A model generated the notes under the pieces. That model did not search any database. It saw only the letters and a program-made list of their open reading frames with translations, and was not told the DNA's origin. From a virus (Duplodnaviria; Caudoviricetes): a stretch of 41,303 nt of DNA. The DNA is taken from IMG/VR virus record IMGVR_UViG_3300035494_000238, positions 1-41,303 of that record. The stretch is one strand, 5' to 3'. The position numbers and the translations under genes were made by a program. How positions within the stretch are numbered: the first letter of the stretch is position 1; each line of letters begins with the position of its first letter. Of the stretch, positions 1 to 8,831 are shown piece after piece.

Positions 1-258
1 TTAGGCGCTTAGGTTTTGGTGGTCTTTTTTGGCTTGTTGGCGCTGTTTGTCGAGATAGGTTGCGAGGTCGTCAAGGTGGATTAGCCAGGGTGACTTGGCG
101 GCACCGAGCCGAAATGCCGGAACGGGTAGTTCGCCCGTTGCGGCTAGGCGCTTGGCTTGATTTGGCGCAAGCCCAAAATACTCCCGTGAGATTTCATCAA
201 GCCTTACCGTTGGTTTCTCGAATTGCGCGAATAGCATGGTGATAGTTTTCATTTTCAT
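1..258 (-). CDS. PrtN (pyocin activator)-family DNA-binding protein, probable excisionase
   Basis: 85 aa; LFAQF...RLDEISREYFGL...GELPVPAFRLG...PWLIHLDDLATYLD pattern; last gene of leftward early operon. Confidence 0.8.
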   Translation of the reverse strand: MKMKTITMLFAQFEKPTVRLDEISREYFGLAPNQAKRLAATGELPVPAFRLGAAKSPWLIHLDDLATYLDKQRQQAKKDHQNLSA

Positions 259-324
259 CGCTCCGTTTGGGGGGCTCTAAGTTTTTGAGTGTTTCTTTTT
301 AAACAGGTTTATTTATGACAGGGC

Positions 325-606
325 TTAATCACATTGATAAAGCCCTGTCTCCGTGCAGATTTGGTCGATTTCAGGAATAGCCTTGAAGGTAGCCAACTCG
401 CCATCTTGCTTGACGGTCGCACGAATATAGGTCTCACCCTTTTTTATTTTCCATCCATTGCGCCTAGCCCGAACTATGGCGCGTTTTTCACGATAAGACA
501 GGTTAAAGAACACAAACTCAAGCCCCTGACACAACCAGTAGCTGGCATCGCAGGTGTGGTCTTTCCGGGCTGTGGGGTACTTGACATGAATAACCGTATT
601 ACACAT
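325..606 (-). CDS. Hypothetical phage protein (ARKxHxC motif)
   Basis: ATG at 606 overlaps the end of upstream gene; TARKDHTCD...IKKGETY pattern common in small phage early proteins. Confidence 0.6.
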   Translation of the reverse strand: MCNTVIHVKYPTARKDHTCDASYWLCQGLEFVFFNLSYREKRAIVRARRNGWKIKKGETYIRATVKQDGELATFKAIPEIDQICTETGLYQCD

Positions 607-958
607 CCCGCGAATCCTCCCATGCGTTATCCACAACCTCGCCCGTGTCCGGCAAAACGAACTCGAAGCCGTGGCGCTCAATCACTTTTAAAACCTCGTC
701 TTCATGGTTGGGGTGGTCGTCCGGAATGGCGTTAATATCAGCACACCAAGATTCATACCAGCGCGTGGCTTCCCCGATTGTTCCAGCCGTGCGAATTGCG
801 GCGGCGAATAACCGCTCATAAATGTAGCACTTGCGCACAAACACCGCCGTGCGCTCGCGCAACTCCAACCGATACCATGCCAGCTTCAACTCAAGTTCGT
901 CGGCGCGCTGTAGTGCTTGGGCGGCGGTCGGTTTTTTTGGTTTTTTAAAGCCATTCAT
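599..958 (-). CDS. Hypothetical phage protein
   Basis: ATG at 958 after GGGGAAGG SD-like sequence; fits operon packing. Confidence 0.6.
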   Translation of the reverse strand: MNGFKKPKKPTAAQALQRADELELKLAWYRLELRERTAVFVRKCYIYERLFAAAIRTAGTIGEATRWYESWCADINAIPDDHPNHEDEVLKVIERHGFEFVLPDTGEVVDNAWEDSRDV

Positions 959-969
959 CTGACCTTCCC

Positions 970-1263
970 CTACACTTTTTGAGCCATTGCCCATGCAATG
1001 ACCTCCGACGCTCTCCAGCGATGACCGCTGGCGTTTGCTGAAACCCCTTTGTGAATATCGCAGGGGCGTGGAAAATCCGCTCGACACGCCACACGGTTTT
1101 TAAACGTGGCGTTTGCCAAACCAAGGTAATCCGCAACGGCGTGGCTATCCCAAATCTGCTTCTCAAGCGGGATGGTTTTCTTTGCCACCGCATCCCGGAT
1201 AGCGCGTAACTCGTCAAGCATGGCTTCAAAGCCGGGCGCTTGCATTTCAACACTAGAATCCAT
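970..1263 (-). CDS. AlpA/excisionase-like winged-helix DNA-binding protein
   Basis: WDSHAVADYLGL...DFPRP...RWRASEVIAW; GGAGG SD upstream. Confidence 0.75.
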   Translation of the reverse strand: MDSSVEMQAPGFEAMLDELRAIRDAVAKKTIPLEKQIWDSHAVADYLGLANATFKNRVACRADFPRPCDIHKGVSANASGHRWRASEVIAWAMAQKV

Positions 1264-1265
1264 TT

Positions 1266-1442
1266 TTAGACCTCCCGTACAGAATTGACCGCATTGACCG
1301 CATCGACCGCATATTTTCCGGCGATAAAAATAAACCTTGCCACATCGGAAGGCGACAACTCACCCTCAAGCTGTTCAACGGTAAACTCAATTTTTCCGCC
1401 GTTGAGTACGCCTTTAATTTTGATTTCAACATTTGAATTCAT
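1266..1442 (-). CDS. Small hypothetical protein, 58 aa (MNSNVEIKIKG...VREV), below ORF-track cutoff
   Basis: Read manually: GGAGG SD, ATG 1442, TAA 1268-1266; fills the gap between neighbours. Confidence 0.65.
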   Translation of the reverse strand: MNSNVEIKIKGVLNGGKIEFTVEQLEGELSPSDVARFIFIAGKYAVDAVNAVNSVREV

Positions 1443-1444
1443 TT

Positions 1445-2068
1445 TTAATCCTCCGTGATGTGCGTAGGTAGGTTGGGGAATTCGGCAAAATAAACATGTT
1501 CGGATGGCTCAATAAATTCACCCTTACAAATGCATGCGAACAGTTTTTCACCCGTTTGGACTTGTTCGCAAATCATGACTGAAAACTCATAATCATGTTC
1601 CAAGGTAGTTTTGTCTTGGGGCGCATTATCGTAGTGCATAACGAGGTAGCGTTTGTTTGCGGTGGGTTCGACTGATCCGTCGAATGGGTGCCAGTGAAGC
1701 GTCTTATTGGCATTTACTGCTAGCGCTATTTCTTTTTCAATTTCTTCAAATTCAATATCACGAAACGATTTTGGCGGCTTGCTTTTGGCTATAGAAACAT
1801 CTTTACGAAGTGAATATCCTTGTTTACCTTCCTCGTTTACCCATCTAACTTCCTGCTCAGGTACTGATAATCCAATATCATCAAGGGCGTAAACAATATC
1901 GCCTTTCTTGTCGCCACAAATAGTGCGCACCTTTAGCTTTAGCGGAGTACCCTTAATGATTAAACCTCTGTCAGGTAAGCAGTGGTTATAGTGCCGAAGT
2001 CTCCAAACCGTTTCTTTTATCCTATCAAGTGCATTATTTAAGTAGTTCATGTTTACTTCATTTCTCAT
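1445..2068 (-). CDS. Hypothetical phage protein
   Basis: Likely start MRNEVN at 2068 with GAGGA SD; the longer ORF call overlaps recT. Confidence 0.6.
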   Translation of the reverse strand: MRNEVNMNYLNNALDRIKETVWRLRHYNHCLPDRGLIIKGTPLKLKVRTICGDKKGDIVYALDDIGLSVPEQEVRWVNEEGKQGYSLRKDVSIAKSKPPKSFRDIEFEEIEKEIALAVNANKTLHWHPFDGSVEPTANKRYLVMHYDNAPQDKTTLEHDYEFSVMICEQVQTGEKLFACICKGEFIEPSEHVYFAEFPNLPTHITED

Positions 2069-2085
2069 TTTCAAATCCTCATTAA

Positions 2086-2101
2086 GCCCCCAGCCGGGGG
2101 C
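2086..2101 (-). terminator. GC-rich hairpin downstream of recT
   Basis: GCCCCC-AGCC-GGGGGC; U-tract weak. Confidence 0.35.
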
Positions 2102-2108
2102 GGTAAAG

Positions 2109-2981
2109 TTAAAGTGGGCGTGGTTTTTTGGGCGCAAACTGTGAAGCAGATGCCTTCGCGTTTTCGATTTGGTTTTGGAACGCCTCGAACTGAATATCGC
2201 GCTCCAGCATTTCAGCAACCTCCGATGAATTAGGTAAGCGACGCGCCAACCGATGCAGTACCGATTTGACCGCCATCCGGTCATACCAAGTCGTCCAAGG
2301 TGACATAGCGCCATTCCCAGTTTTAGACGATGCCCGAACCTTGTCAATTTCGGTCTTCGACATGACCTCAACCACCAACTCCCCGGTTTTGTACTTCGCA
2401 AACGCAAACGCAAGCCGGAACTTGCCGGGGTTTTCGAAAGTCGGCTTATAGGTGATATGCTCGCCGTTTTCATCCATAAAATAGTCAAAGGTGTCGTTTT
2501 CAAATACCGCCTTGCCTGCCACATTCGTGATCAAGCCGGACTGCCGAACCTTCTTGAGAACTCCGTCAATCATGACTTGATACTGGGCGTTTTTTCCACT
2601 TTTCGAGTTATAGATCACAATGGCTGACTCGCGCCCGTCAGGTAGCAACCCATCCCTCGCACACAAAAGCAGTGCTTGAAAAACCGACTTCTCGTTACAC
2701 AGGGAAAGGTCAGGGTTTTGTCGAATTGCCGTGGTGCTGACCCGGATGAATTTATCAATGGTAACTTGAGGGGGTAACACCTTTGCAAACTCCCCCTTAA
2801 ATTGCTCAACCTGAGCAATCAGGCTTGTGCCTCTTGGAGCGCCCCTTTGTGGCACAGGTGCGGATTGCGCCATGTCCTGCGCCATCATTTCAAGGTCGCG
2901 TGGATCGGCGGGGGCGGGGGTGTATTCCCCCGTTTCATAGTCGATTTGGCTATCGTGCTGGGCTTGGTTTTGAGTGGTCAT
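2109..2981 (-). CDS. recT: RecT-family single-strand annealing recombinase
   Basis: KVLPPQVTIDKFIRV...ARDGLLPDGRE...SPWTTWYDRMAVKSVLHRLARRLP; adjacent to YqaJ exonuclease. Confidence 0.93.
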   Translation of the reverse strand: MTTQNQAQHDSQIDYETGEYTPAPADPRDLEMMAQDMAQSAPVPQRGAPRGTSLIAQVEQFKGEFAKVLPPQVTIDKFIRVSTTAIRQNPDLSLCNEKSVFQALLLCARDGLLPDGRESAIVIYNSKSGKNAQYQVMIDGVLKKVRQSGLITNVAGKAVFENDTFDYFMDENGEHITYKPTFENPGKFRLAFAFAKYKTGELVVEVMSKTEIDKVRASSKTGNGAMSPWTTWYDRMAVKSVLHRLARRLPNSSEVAEMLERDIQFEAFQNQIENAKASASQFAPKKPRPL

Positions 2982-3003
2982 AATAAACTCCAGTTTTTAG
3001 TAA

Positions 3004-3933
3004 TTAGTAAGTGCGAAGGACACGCGAATCGGTGGTTTTAGCAACCGCTTCGTACACGTCCGGAAATTCAGATTTCAGCAACTTTGGATCGACCCTTACG
3101 GTTGGTTGATTTTTAAACGTGGCGAGTTTCTTGTCACCCAAAGTAAGCACGGCGTGGTCACCCATAAACGCCCCTAGCGCGGTTTTTATGGCGTTTTCTT
3201 GTGCCGTTAGGTCTTTGATTTGCGCCTTGATATCAAGTAAGCGACCGTAGTCAAACGAGACGTAATCGTCGGCTTCAATTTCAGACCCGGCATCCTTGCG
3301 GTAAATTCGACGAACATCATCAAGGTTGACAGGTGGGGGCGGGGTTTGGGTTAAAACATGGTCATACCAAAAGGCACGTGTCTCTTCAATAATCCGGTCG
3401 GCGATTCGCTGGTCAAACTCGACGGTATAGGTGCGGAAATCCGAACCACCAATCAATACCGCGAAATCCCATACACGAAGCCCGGTGACCAGCATGTAGT
3501 CATAGGCTTGGGTTTTGTAATAATCCGGCACTTCATCCGAACCGTCCTCGCCCCATTCGTTAAGGGTATAAAGGCTGGCGGTTTTGACTTCCAACCCTTT
3601 CTTTTTGCCAACCACTAAGCGGTCAACATTGGCGAACAACCAAGGCATATCCGGGTTTTTTAAGATGGCGTGGCGGTTGCGAATGCGCTCGCCTGTTTTT
3701 TCAGCATAGGCACGGGCAACCACATCCTCAAGGCGAACCCCCCACTCGGTCGCGGCGTTACCCTCAAAGGAGTCGTGACGCTCGACCTTTTCAAGATACA
3801 ACTCGGTCGGGGTTTTGAATTTCGACAGACCCATAGCGGCGGCAACGTCCGAACCGCCTAGCCCGTCATAACGAAGGTTAAGCCATTGATCATGGGTTAG
3901 ATTTTTGGTAGGTATAGCGATAAGTTTTGACAT
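3004..3933 (-). CDS. YqaJ-like (lambda Exo family) exonuclease
   Basis: WLNLR..GLGGSDVAA, WGVRLE, ANVDR, LEVKT, YKTQ motifs. Confidence 0.93.
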   Translation of the reverse strand: MSKLIAIPTKNLTHDQWLNLRYDGLGGSDVAAAMGLSKFKTPTELYLEKVERHDSFEGNAATEWGVRLEDVVARAYAEKTGERIRNRHAILKNPDMPWLFANVDRLVVGKKKGLEVKTASLYTLNEWGEDGSDEVPDYYKTQAYDYMLVTGLRVWDFAVLIGGSDFRTYTVEFDQRIADRIIEETRAFWYDHVLTQTPPPPVNLDDVRRIYRKDAGSEIEADDYVSFDYGRLLDIKAQIKDLTAQENAIKTALGAFMGDHAVLTLGDKKLATFKNQPTVRVDPKLLKSEFPDVYEAVAKTTDSRVLRTY

Positions 3934-3944
3934 AGTAACGGCCT

Positions 3945-4094
3945 CTAACGAACAAACGGTTCAACGATTAAATAAATGCAAAGCAGGGCTGCACCTAAAC
4001 CAAATCCAGCAAGCAGGTCGTAGCAAAACGCCTCGACACGGTGCAAGTTAAAGCGCGGCTCTTTAATTGGTTCAATCGGTTTAAAGGTCTTCAT
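3945..4094 (-). CDS. Small single-pass membrane protein, 49 aa (MKTFKPIEP...EPFVR)
   Basis: Read manually: AGGAG SD, ATG 4094, TAG 3947-3945; hydrophobic LLAGFGLGAALLCIYLIV. Confidence 0.6.
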   Translation of the reverse strand: MKTFKPIEPIKEPRFNLHRVEAFCYDLLAGFGLGAALLCIYLIVEPFVR

Positions 4095-4305
4095 CAATGT
4101 CTCCTTCTAGCGGTATTTCGTGAATTTCACACAATTCATTTAATGCAAGCGGATCGAGGTGAAACGTCACACTCGACTCGCTTTCACCTTCACGCGGGAA
4201 GGTTTCCAGCGTTAAAGTTGCAATAGATTTGCCGCTTAAGGCGTTGGTGCGGATACTCGCTGTGATGTTTAAATCATCCGCAAAAATGGTGGTATCGGTG
4301 CTCAT
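4081..4305 (-). CDS. Acidic hypothetical protein, first gene of leftward early operon
   Basis: 74 aa ORF with AAAGGA SD, downstream of OL. Confidence 0.6.
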   Translation of the reverse strand: MSTDTTIFADDLNITASIRTNALSGKSIATLTLETFPREGESESSVTFHLDPLALNELCEIHEIPLEGDIDEDL

Positions 4306-4373
4306 GTCATATTCCTTTGTCGTTGCGTTTCGTTAACCAGGCCTGGTTGGTTAGTTGTCGCGCTTGGGGGTAT

Positions 4374-4423
4374 TACACAGCATGTGTAATTATAAGTCAA
4401 TACAAAGATAAACAAAATGTGTA
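4374..4423. promoter_or_regulatory. Left operator region (OL/PL): TACAC-agcat-GTGTA (4374-4388) and TAAAC-aaaat-GTGTA (4409-4423)
   Basis: Same palindrome as the three sites between cI and cro; TTGACT and TATAAT hexamers on the minus strand between the sites. Confidence 0.8.
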
Positions 4424-4574
4424 TTTTTTTCCAAAAAAGCTAAAAAATGCAACAAAACGTGGAAAAACAACAGAATGCGACGCAGGGTTATGGTAAGCGG
4501 GCAGGGTTGTTGGTAAGATAGTCATCCTTATCAAGCAATCGGCTTGTTAATCATTTAATGTCTAGGGGAGAGTA

Positions 4575-4781
4575 GTGAAAACGGCAACTAATCAGACGGA
4601 GTATCTGGCAGCTTTATTTGAAAAGGCCATAACTAATGTTAAGGCCACCGGTGCGCCTAAACGTTTAGATATCATGCTCAGCGATGAAGGATTGACAAAT
4701 TGCCCTAGCCCCTTTTCTGATGACGTGATTAATCGCATGATTGAGAACACGATTAAAAATGCTAGACCGGTTAGTTTTTAG
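4575..4781 (+). CDS. Small hypothetical cargo protein
   Basis: GGGGAG SD, GTG start; stop overlaps GTG of next frame. Confidence 0.55.
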   Translation: MKTATNQTEYLAALFEKAITNVKATGAPKRLDIMLSDEGLTNCPSPFSDDVINRMIENTIKNARPVSF

Positions 4782-5254
4782 TGACTACAAAAGACTTTTC
4801 AGCATTATTAAACAGTTTTTTAACGATTTGGATCGATGTTAGGATCAACCCGGTTAAATCGTTACAAGGTAAAGTATCTGTTAATTCTGAAAAATTGGGT
4901 CTTGTTAGTCAGGCTTTTTTTATTGGAAAGTTGGAAGTAAATAAACTACTTCACCAATAAGATGGTGCGGACGATCATAAAATAGCATGGCTATTGGTTT
5001 GCGGCATCATGCATTATGGCGATGAATTGCTTTGTTTTGATGAAAGCATTCCTACCCTAAATCACAAGTATTTATACATTGATTGCGCCTTAACGGCTTT
5101 TTGCAGTTTTTTATCTATTAATCAGTTTCAAATTGAGTCTGCTGAACCAGAACTGTATAAATCACTAAAAAACTTAGTCAGTCATTCCAATGAAAAAGAT
5201 TTTTTTATTGGTTCATTAGTTGGTTATCTGCTACAGAAAACACACCCCATCTAA
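4781..5254 (+). pseudogene. Cargo gene (~157 codons) interrupted by one in-frame TAA at 4958-4960
   Basis: GTG 4781 reads MTTKDFSALL...KLLHQ*DGADDHKIAWLLVCGIMHY... in one frame to TAA 5254. Confidence 0.6.
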
Positions 5255-5367
5255 GTCACACTTTCACCCTTGCCATAAATAATATTTATTGAAATTCTGT
5301 AATCTTGCGCAAGCTAATGCGTAATAATTTCACGGCGCTATTTAAGTGCGTGATAAAGGGGGGTAGC

Positions 5368-6015
5368 ATGGTGGATTTGGTTGTTTTAGTCGGGTTTTTA
5401 CTTATGTTCTTAATCGGGGTGATTTGGTCACTTTTGATTAAAAAGTCGCTTTTTTGGGGGGCGATAATTGATGGCGCGCTCATTGGTTTTATTGGGCTGT
5501 GGATAGGGTTAGTCATTGTTCGTTTCGCAACCGAACAGCAGGTGCATGGTGGGCTTGTATTTGCGGTAGGGTTAGCGGCCTTCGTTGCCGCTTGGTCGGT
5601 GTATGCGTTGTTTGCGAAAGCACAAAACGCCTCGTTTGTCGCCACACATGGGGTGGGATTTGTTATAGGCGTGTTGGCGTTTGTTTTAAGCGGTTTTTTG
5701 CATTTTCAGCCCACACCAAAACCCGCTGAGCCAGTTAAGCAGGAGCGTGTTCTGACACCCGCGGAGATTGAGAAAAAAGCGTTTGAGCAAGCCGCGTGGC
5801 AAGCGTATCGTGATATGTTGCGGCAACTGAAAGCACAGCTTCATGACCCAAAAAGCTATAAAGAAGTGTCTGTAACTAATCACAAATATGGCGACAAAAT
5901 CCGTATTAGAATTCAATTCCGCGCCAATAACGCCTTCGGTGTGCCAAGATTGCATAGTGCATTAGGGGAAGCCGATAAGAACGGCAATAATATGCGGATT
6001 ATTGAGGTGAATTAG
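5368..6015 (+). CDS. Multi-pass membrane protein with soluble C-terminal domain (cargo)
   Basis: About four hydrophobic segments, Pro-rich linker, then LKAQLHDPKSY...IQFRANNAFG; G-rich SD before ATG 5368. Confidence 0.75.
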   Translation: MVDLVVLVGFLLMFLIGVIWSLLIKKSLFWGAIIDGALIGFIGLWIGLVIVRFATEQQVHGGLVFAVGLAAFVAAWSVYALFAKAQNASFVATHGVGFVIGVLAFVLSGFLHFQPTPKPAEPVKQERVLTPAEIEKKAFEQAAWQAYRDMLRQLKAQLHDPKSYKEVSVTNHKYGDKIRIRIQFRANNAFGVPRLHSALGEADKNGNNMRIIEVN

Positions 6016-6049
6016 TCTTTTTTTAATTAAACTACAAGAGGATTGAACT

Positions 6050-6256
6050 ATGAGAAGCAAAGTTGTTAGCGGTAAAAATGGAATAGCAATTGTTGAATAG
6101 TTTGATGAAAACGATAATTCATTGGGTTTTTTTGTGTTCGATGAAAATGGTAACGAGACCGGGCCATTGACCTTGGCGGAGGCTGAGGAAATGGTTGACC
6201 AATTAGTTCAAAAGGTAGAGTCAAAACCTATACCAACTCCGAGCATGAGGTTTTAG
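6050..6256 (+). pseudogene. Small acidic gene (68 codons) interrupted by in-frame TAG at 6098-6100
   Basis: GAGGA SD, ATG 6050: MRSKVVSGKNGIAIVE*FDENDNSLGFFVFDENG...PSMRF*. Confidence 0.55.
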
Positions 6257-6320
6257 TTTTGTAAAGTGGCTATCTATTGTGGTTACAGTTTTCTGTAAAA
6301 AGCGGTAAAATAGCTTCGTT

Positions 6321-6914
6321 ATGGAAAGACTAAATGATTTTAAAATTAGACAGGCTTTGTTAGAGCGTTTTTCAAGTCAAGGGTTTGAGACGTTTGAAAT
6401 AATGCAAGAACTGCATGTCTGTGGTAGCCAAGCGATTGCTGATGTTGTGACTTTGAGAGATGAGTCTCATTGTTATGAAATTAAAGGCGAAACCGATAAG
6501 GTTACCCGGATTCTTAGTCAGGGTGAGCACTACAATAAAGCCTTTAGAAGAATCACATTAGTCACCACAGACAATCATTTAGAAAAAGCTTTAAAGCTGG
6601 CGCCAGAGTGGTGGGGTTTGATGTTGGCTCGTACCACGAAGGGCGGAAAAGTTATCATTACGCAGGTGCGTAAAGATAAAGTCAACCCCGAGTTTAATCC
6701 AGAAATTGCACTTTATGCGCTATGGAAAGATGAACTTTTGCAGCTTTTAGAAAATCCGTTGCCAAAAGACAAGCGTAGAAACTGCACTGATTTGTCGAAG
6801 ATGATTGCAGAAAATAATAAAAAATTAGAAGTGAGTCGCAAGGTGGCGGCAATTTTGGGATATCGACATAAAATAAAGATCGCTAACGACTATAAGTTTG
6901 TGACATATAGCTAA
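6321..6914 (+). CDS. sce7726-family PD-(D/E)XK nuclease-like protein
   Basis: LNDFKIRQAL, EL...IADV, CYEIKGETD...RILSQ...YNKAF, WWGL, LWKDEL motifs. Confidence 0.8.
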   Translation: MERLNDFKIRQALLERFSSQGFETFEIMQELHVCGSQAIADVVTLRDESHCYEIKGETDKVTRILSQGEHYNKAFRRITLVTTDNHLEKALKLAPEWWGLMLARTTKGGKVIITQVRKDKVNPEFNPEIALYALWKDELLQLLENPLPKDKRRNCTDLSKMIAENNKKLEVSRKVAAILGYRHKIKIANDYKFVTYS

Positions 6915-7983
6915 TGTGAGAACTAATCATTGGCTTAATTATATTTGAGGCCGTGAAGCCACTATTATCATTACGTTTGTCGTAGAATTTAATGTCTCCC
7001 CAGCTGTTGTTGTGTCGAAAAATTGATGGGGTTATTGCTAGTAATGCACGAATGTGATTATTGTAGTAATGGTAGTTTTTTGTGCCATTTTTTAGACGCA
7101 CTTGACCACCTCTCCAAATATGTTGAACATCTTGATGCGCGTATATCAATTTACTTACGGCGTTTAAGGCAGCAATAATATTGGGTTGCGCAAATTCTGG
7201 GGAAACTGTTGTAAAGTCCCCAATGTAGATATGTTTTTCATAGTCTTTGAGGAAGGTCGAAACCTTTTCATAAATACTGACTTCATTCCTAATCAAAAGG
7301 CGATAGTTATGCGTCGGACAGATTTCTTTGAGCATAAGCGGAATGGAAGATCCTGTGACAATAACATTTCTTACCGGGTAGTTTTTTGTGAACTTGAGGA
7401 TAAAGTCGGTAATATTATTGGCGGTTTCGTCAACCTTTGCGTCGTCCATCCAATGCGTAATACGGCAATCCATCACTAGATCAACTTGAGTGAATAAATC
7501 ATTCAGCAACCCATTAAGTGCGTCTTCAATTTCATATTCAATTGCGTAGTAGCTTGGAAAATCTTCATAGGAAATTCGCAGGGCAATAGTGTTTTCAGGC
7601 TCTTCAGATTCCGCCAAAAAATCTTTGATGGCTTGCTTGTGTTCAGGTGTTCGGTCAATACCGGTTACCGGGATGCACTGCATGGCATTGAGTTCGCGCA
7701 GGAGATACAGATAACTGTGAACACCAGCAATCAGTTGGTCATCTATGTCGTAGGTATCAACATAAATGGTTTTTCTTGAGCCAAAGTGTGTGCTTAGTTG
7801 TTTGGCGAGTTTTGGAACCTTTTCGTCCATCTTTTTTGGTTTTTTTTCGTCCTGATCTGGTGGGTAATCAAAAAAAGGAATTATCACTTCCTTAATTATC
7901 GGATCAAGCTCTTTAAGCGCCATGATTTCATTTTGCTTGAGCTTTAAAAAAGGGATGTAGAAGAGTTCATTAATGTCAGTCAT
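6883..7983 (-). CDS. Beta-protein family (sce7725 / P4 beta-like)
   Basis: N-terminal YIPFLKLKQNEIMALKEL, IPVTG, IALRI, IVTGSSIP, IGDFTTVSP, SWGD, C-terminal SHI; 366 aa. Confidence 0.8.
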   Translation of the reverse strand: MTDINELFYIPFLKLKQNEIMALKELDPIIKEVIIPFFDYPPDQDEKKPKKMDEKVPKLAKQLSTHFGSRKTIYVDTYDIDDQLIAGVHSYLYLLRELNAMQCIPVTGIDRTPEHKQAIKDFLAESEEPENTIALRISYEDFPSYYAIEYEIEDALNGLLNDLFTQVDLVMDCRITHWMDDAKVDETANNITDFILKFTKNYPVRNVIVTGSSIPLMLKEICPTHNYRLLIRNEVSIYEKVSTFLKDYEKHIYIGDFTTVSPEFAQPNIIAALNAVSKLIYAHQDVQHIWRGGQVRLKNGTKNYHYYNNHIRALLAITPSIFRHNNSWGDIKFYDKRNDNSGFTASNIIKPMISSHISYMSQTYSR

Positions 7984-8831
7984 TCATTAAATCCGAGGAT
8001 GCTTCTTGGGTTGTCCATTCGCCAAATATCAGAGAAAAGGTCAAAGCGTTTTTTGTAGTGGCCGATTAATCCAACGACAATTGATGGGTGAATACGCTGC
8101 GCCTTGGCGAAATCATAGACTTCATTTTCGGATGTGGCGTTTTTAACCGTTGTTGTGCGCCATTCAATTCGGCTAACTAAGCTGTATTTTGCGAGATTGT
8201 CGGCCTGAATTTCAATGTCTTTGGTGTGGATTTCATCTGTGGATAAGTCATCGATAATCGGTGTGTCGAGATGATCTATGTGCAAACAGATGTGAGCCAA
8301 TTCGTGCAACAAGGTAAACCAAAAATTATCCATTCTTGGGTAGCGTAAACTGTGCGCAATCACTGGGATTTTGTCGGCAAACAAAAACGCTGCACCATCG
8401 ATTTTGGTCCCGGCAATGGCTGGTAGATAAAGCAAAATAATCCCTTTATGGGCTAGAATTTCAGGGAGTTCAGGAAGAATACTTGAGTCATGACTCATTT
8501 TTGCAAGTTCTTGAACTTCTTCTCGACTAATGCCGGTAAACTCCGGCATAGCCGAATGTTCTAGAAAGAATTTTCGGGCCGCTTCTTGTGCTTGTGCCAG
8601 CCATAGAATGACTTTTGAGTCCGGTGCTGTGTCGTGTTTGCGGTAGAGTGCCTTAGACTGCATTGCACTTAAATAAAGCTTGCTTGGTTCCCAGGGGGTG
8701 ATTCGTTGTTTTTCAAGAGCCGTTGAAAACGTGTGAATAGCTTGACTGGTTTCCATAATGTCGGTCATTGATAACTCACCTCCTGAGCTATCGATGGTAA
8801 AGTCATCGTGTAATTCGGTGAGTTTACTCAT
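7980..8831 (-). CDS. ImmA/IrrE-family (M78) zinc metallopeptidase
   Basis: KIDGAAF...SLRYPRMDNFWFTLLHELAH (HExxH)...EIQADNLA. Confidence 0.88.
   Translation of the reverse strand: MSKLTELHDDFTIDSSGGELSMTDIMETSQAIHTFSTALEKQRITPWEPSKLYLSAMQSKALYRKHDTAPDSKVILWLAQAQEAARKFFLEHSAMPEFTGISREEVQELAKMSHDSSILPELPEILAHKGIILLYLPAIAGTKIDGAAFLFADKIPVIAHSLRYPRMDNFWFTLLHELAHICLHIDHLDTPIIDDLSTDEIHTKDIEIQADNLAKYSLVSRIEWRTTTVKNATSENEVYDFAKAQRIHPSIVVGLIGHYKKRFDLFSDIWRMDNPRSILGFNE

Noticed and set aside
1285-1311. Three 9-bp tandem repeats T(T/C)GACCGCA as integrase arm sites
   Set aside because: In frame inside a small CDS and over 1 kb from the presumed att; more likely a local duplication
2069-2524. N-terminal extension of the 359-aa ORF 1445..2524
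   Set aside because: Overlaps recT in another frame; a good SD and ATG at 2068 give the likelier start
4781-6256. Genome-wide stop-codon reassignment explaining the in-frame stops
   Set aside because: The two stops differ (TAA and TAG), both codons terminate many core genes normally, and no suppressor tRNA is seen
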